The notes under the pieces were generated by a model. That model worked only from the letters and a program-made list of their open reading frames with translations. It made no database searches and was not told the DNA's origin. Made by a program: the position numbers and the translations under genes. Positions 34,039 through 37,722 of a DNA stretch of 37,722 bases are shown here, one piece after another (within the stretch, counting starts at the first letter, position 1; every line of letters begins with the position of its first letter). Origin of the DNA: a virus (taxonomy: Duplodnaviria > Caudoviricetes); the IMG/VR virus record IMGVR_UViG_3300020161_000333, positions 1 through 37,722 of that record; one strand, written 5' to 3'.

Positions 34039-34168
34039 TAATTACCCCATTTTTAACTGATTGATTATCGTCTGTTATCTTGTGGGGCTTTCTACTTACG
34101 CCAAGTTTAACATCAGATTGACGAATCTGTGAAGTAAGTATAGACAACGCTTTTCTTAACAGATTCAT
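33959..34168 (-). CDS. Small basic hypothetical protein between portal and protease
   Basis: ATG overlaps the portal stop and fills a 126-bp gap, but overlaps the protease start. Confidence 0.35.
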   Translation of the reverse strand: MNLLRKALSILTSQIRQSDVKLGVSRKPHKITDDNQSVKNGVINEKSTSGLRGKSKSGAKRGRKPKSVR

Positions 34169-35562
34169 TTTGTTCCAATGTTCATGCGGCGAGTTTGATT
34201 GCCGCCACCACCACCAGTATCTTGCGCCCCACTACCGGGGATTGGTTCAGCAGATTTATCTATAGAAACCAATTCGTCAGCGCCATCAATTTTGGCGATA
34301 TTCAGATATTCCCGCGCCTCATTAGGAGTCATGATTCCAGACTTAACGCCAGCACTAACCAGATTCATTTGGTCAAGCGGAGCGCCCTTCAAGAATTCCT
34401 TGGTATCAAACCTGACGCACAAATTGGGGAAACCTTTTAACAAATGGTGTTTTAACTTTTGCTCAATATTAATAACCATCGGGTACATGGTCGTTTTGTA
34501 GAATTCATCAAGCATCGTTTGGGTATTGTTGTATTTACCGTCAGCAAAACCAATCATTGCCGGGGAAACACCAAAAAGGCCGCAAATACGTTTCATGGTT
34601 TGCATCTTCAGGTTTGCTACATCGGCATCCTGAATAGTCAACATATCTACCGGCATATATTTCATGCCTTGGTCTAGCAACATACCCTGACCGGCTTTAC
34701 TTTGGTCAACTGCCCTAGAACCAGTCATTGCCGACCATGCTTCTTTTAATCTGGCCGCGATTTCCTTGTATTTGGCATCAGGAATTACTTGCTCAGTAAC
34801 AAAAATACCCGAAGGCTTCGCACCATTCTGCATTACAAAATTGGCGTAAAGGTCAATGTCTTGGTCTAATGCAACAAGTTCTGTTGCTAAGATACCTTTA
34901 TTGAAACCGCTTGAACCTTGCCAAGCAGCCTCTTTAATGTGCATGACTTGATGTGCGGCAAGCGGTTCATCTTTGCTAAATCCGTAGGACGGAGTAGATA
35001 ACCGATATGAAGGGTAGCGAGTCGCAGTCAGAATAACCGAGATTAACGTTGAATCAAGGTTATACATTTCAATCGGGGTCTGAGTCGAGTCTTTCTGGTC
35101 TTTCCTCCACCAGAGAGTAAACGATTCACCAACAATGTCCTGCCACATACACCACTGATACCAGAACTCATATTTGCTTTGGAAATTGTTTGGTTCTTGC
35201 AGCAGATTCAATACCTGCTTTGCTTTATTCTTATCCCTAGTTCCAACTTCTTTGTCTTTCAGCGCATCAACAAATGTGCCATCGTCAACCTTGTACATGA
35301 TTGATACCGGCAGTTGCGCTAATGCCCTCGCTTTAACTCCAACGCACGACATAATCGTACTGTTGCGAGTCAACAGGGATACGTCAACTTGCCTTCCAGC
35401 AACAGTATTGCTTGAAGTAGTTACATATAAAAGCTGAGAGGCGGTAGGCTGCTTATTAGCAGTCGAATAGATAACTTGGTTGCCAAGTTGCAACTGACCA
35501 AGCACCGTATTGGCTTCGTTTTGGGTTTGTTTTTTCTTACTGAAAATATCTAAAATTCCCAT
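34165..35562 (-). CDS. Portal protein, HK97 family
   Basis: LAQLP, LLQEPN, NGAKPSG, ICGLFGV, MTPNEAR. Confidence 0.95.
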   Translation of the reverse strand: MGILDIFSKKKQTQNEANTVLGQLQLGNQVIYSTANKQPTASQLLYVTTSSNTVAGRQVDVSLLTRNSTIMSCVGVKARALAQLPVSIMYKVDDGTFVDALKDKEVGTRDKNKAKQVLNLLQEPNNFQSKYEFWYQWCMWQDIVGESFTLWWRKDQKDSTQTPIEMYNLDSTLISVILTATRYPSYRLSTPSYGFSKDEPLAAHQVMHIKEAAWQGSSGFNKGILATELVALDQDIDLYANFVMQNGAKPSGIFVTEQVIPDAKYKEIAARLKEAWSAMTGSRAVDQSKAGQGMLLDQGMKYMPVDMLTIQDADVANLKMQTMKRICGLFGVSPAMIGFADGKYNNTQTMLDEFYKTTMYPMVINIEQKLKHHLLKGFPNLCVRFDTKEFLKGAPLDQMNLVSAGVKSGIMTPNEAREYLNIAKIDGADELVSIDKSAEPIPGSGAQDTGGGGGNQTRRMNIGTK

Positions 35563-35591
35563 GAAACCCTCCGATTTTTACGGATTATATA

Positions 35592-37253
35592 TTAAAAACT
35601 CCTGAAACCATACGAACTATTGGCAAATGGATTATCAAGAGCGCAATGAAACCCCATAATCATCGCAATGATTCCGTCAACTTTTGCGGAAGTATCAGCA
35701 GAATTCTTCCTGACTTTCTTATTTCCGTTTACATCTTCGTAAACTTCACAGTTACCAAGTTGCCACAAAACAAACGGGTCATGGTCATGGGAAATTGATT
35801 TACTCAGAATTAACTTTTCAACATGCTTTGACGGATTGTTAAGAACAGACATTCCCTGTCCGATTTTCTTTACCGGCAAACCGTTTTCATACAATTTACT
35901 AACTAAAGCAGCCGCGTTCCATGCGTCAAAACCAATTTCTTTAGCATTGTGCTTTTCGGCTTGCTGGCGAATAAACACTTCAATCTCAGCGTAGTCCGCT
36001 ACATTGCCCTCTGTTAATTTCAGAGTTCCACGTGAAACAGCTTGCAGAAAAATAGGTCTGTAATGACTAGGAATAAAACCTAAACTTTCTTCCGGCAAGA
36101 AAAACATGAATTCAGCGTGATACTTTTCTTCGTTATATCTATGTAAGGTACATACCGCGTTCAAGTCTCTAGTTGCAGCCAAGTCGAACGCAATAAACGT
36201 CGATTCTGGGTCTTGTTCCGGCTTGCCGTTTGGCGATGATTCCCAATGTTCAGTGTCAATCCACGAAGAGTTGGCCGAGACATAAACATTAAACGTCTTG
36301 CACAAAAGTTCATTAACAGATGATGGTTTTGACTGAGCCTCTTTAACTCTTTGTTCAATGGCTTCCGCGTTAATTGATATTCCGTGCATCGGATTAACTT
36401 TTGCCCAATTCTTCGGGTCTTTCCAATCATCACCTTCATCCAATCCATAAAGTAAACCAAACCAACGCGGGTTATCTTCGCACTGACCAATAAGCATTGC
36501 TTTGAGATATTGAAGATTCTCAAAGAATAAAGTCTCTTTAGTAAACGACGCGGTAGTAATGTAAATCCGCAAGGGGTTTTGCCTTGCCACCATACCCGAA
36601 TGGATAACCTCAATAGAGTTCCTTTCGGTAATCTGCGCCGCTTCGTCAATAATCGAAACAGAGGGATTTTTACCGTCGCCAGTCTTTTTACTGTCTCGAC
36701 TTAACGCAGTAAATTTAGATTGGCTATCGTCAGCCTTTTTTACTTCATTACGATAGACCGTAAACTTCGATGCAATCTGCGCCGGTAGTGATTCAATAAT
36801 GCCTTTAGCAGTATCAAATACAATGCTTGCTTGAGTTCTATCAACGGCAGTGCAATATACCTCTGAACCAACTTCACCAAAAAGGAGTTCATAAAGTGAA
36901 ATGATTGATATAAGAGTTGACTTACTAGCCTTGCGAGGGATAAACAAAATAACATCTTGAACCATCCTTACGTTTGGATTCTTTTTATCCCTGAATCCGT
37001 AAATCGCACATAAAAAAAGAATTTGGAATGGTATTAACTCCATATTCTTTCCCGCAATCGGGCCTTTAACGTGCTTTACATGGGATACAAACTTTAGAAC
37101 ATGCTCCACATATTCAGGCCGGAATTCCCATCGCCATTCTTTATTTTCTAAATGATTAAGAAACCGCTGACACGCAAGCTGAACATCCTTGCATACGTCA
37201 ATGTTTCCTAGTGAAACTTCCCTAGCGTACTGAACTCCATCTTCCCATTTCAT
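35592..37253 (-). CDS. terL: Terminase large subunit
   Basis: IPRKASKS (Walker A), SIIDE (Walker B), ITTA, FDLA, FDAWNA, KVDGIIA. Confidence 0.96.
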   Translation of the reverse strand: MKWEDGVQYAREVSLGNIDVCKDVQLACQRFLNHLENKEWRWEFRPEYVEHVLKFVSHVKHVKGPIAGKNMELIPFQILFLCAIYGFRDKKNPNVRMVQDVILFIPRKASKSTLISIISLYELLFGEVGSEVYCTAVDRTQASIVFDTAKGIIESLPAQIASKFTVYRNEVKKADDSQSKFTALSRDSKKTGDGKNPSVSIIDEAAQITERNSIEVIHSGMVARQNPLRIYITTASFTKETLFFENLQYLKAMLIGQCEDNPRWFGLLYGLDEGDDWKDPKNWAKVNPMHGISINAEAIEQRVKEAQSKPSSVNELLCKTFNVYVSANSSWIDTEHWESSPNGKPEQDPESTFIAFDLAATRDLNAVCTLHRYNEEKYHAEFMFFLPEESLGFIPSHYRPIFLQAVSRGTLKLTEGNVADYAEIEVFIRQQAEKHNAKEIGFDAWNAAALVSKLYENGLPVKKIGQGMSVLNNPSKHVEKLILSKSISHDHDPFVLWQLGNCEVYEDVNGNKKVRKNSADTSAKVDGIIAMIMGFHCALDNPFANSSYGFRSF

Positions 37254-37666
37254 GCGACTTTCGGCCCTTCAAGTAATTCGTCAATTTCATTAGGCGCAGC
37301 AGACTTTTTGGGTCTGCCACTTGGAACAAGACCAAGCATAGTTAATAGCTGCATAACCCTAGCTAATGAACTATCCCGAACTTTTTGATTGGGGTTTGCC
37401 ATTCTAGCGCCATTGTTTGCGAACTCAATTAAATCTTCCGCAAGCAAAGCCTTTGCAGCCTTAACGTAAGTATCCATCTGGTCTGAGAGCATCGTAATTA
37501 AATGTTCGTCAAACTTAACGTCTTGTCCGTAGGCGTTAATCATGGCTTGCGCGACCTCTCCCGCAAAGATTTCTTTATCCCATAGCTCCGGTTCAGTCAG
37601 CCACTTCGCAAGATTGGCCTCGCGCAGTCTCATTTGCACTACGTTTTCGTTCATTTTGTGTTTCAT
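37250..37666 (-). CDS. terS: Terminase small subunit (P27-like)
   Basis: Overlaps the terL start; ANPN...LGLVPSGR. Confidence 0.85.
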   Translation of the reverse strand: MKHKMNENVVQMRLREANLAKWLTEPELWDKEIFAGEVAQAMINAYGQDVKFDEHLITMLSDQMDTYVKAAKALLAEDLIEFANNGARMANPNQKVRDSSLARVMQLLTMLGLVPSGRPKKSAAPNEIDELLEGPKVA

Positions 37667-37722
37667 GGTTCACCTAACAGTTAATAACGGGTGGATTAAC
37701 TTAGTATAACCCTAAAAATAGC

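Overview
The window looks like a complete or near-complete 37.7 kb genome of a tailed dsDNA phage with an HK97-type head and a long non-contractile tail. The host is probably a proteobacterium (inferred from sigma54/IHF-type sites and TraR, NinG and ERF genes). The minus strand from 37666 to 9828 carries terS, terL, portal, protease, two tandem capsid paralogues, connectors, a tail module with a -1 frameshift, a 1209-aa Ser-Gly-[FYI] repeat fibre, three glycosyltransferase genes and lysis genes. 7523-2705 (-) is a recombination/nin-like operon (ERF, YqaJ, SSB-like, NinG, TraR, MazG, HNH). 7617-9807 (+) is a minimal replication-like operon opened by a ~370-nt highly structured non-coding leader and closed by tRNA-Leu(TAA). 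1-2700 is a plus-strand cassette of small genes (acidic DNA-mimic candidate, two-domain beta-clamp homologue) behind an enhancer-IHF-sigma54-like promoter, flanked by G-rich polar repeats that include five KOPS octamers. I recognised no integrase, CI-like repressor, polymerase, primase or helicase. The best novelty candidates are the structured RNA with its nuclease and truncated initiator, the sigma54/KOPS terminal cassette, the fibre-glycosylation module and the double capsid. All protein calls come from motif recognition by eye, not database searches.
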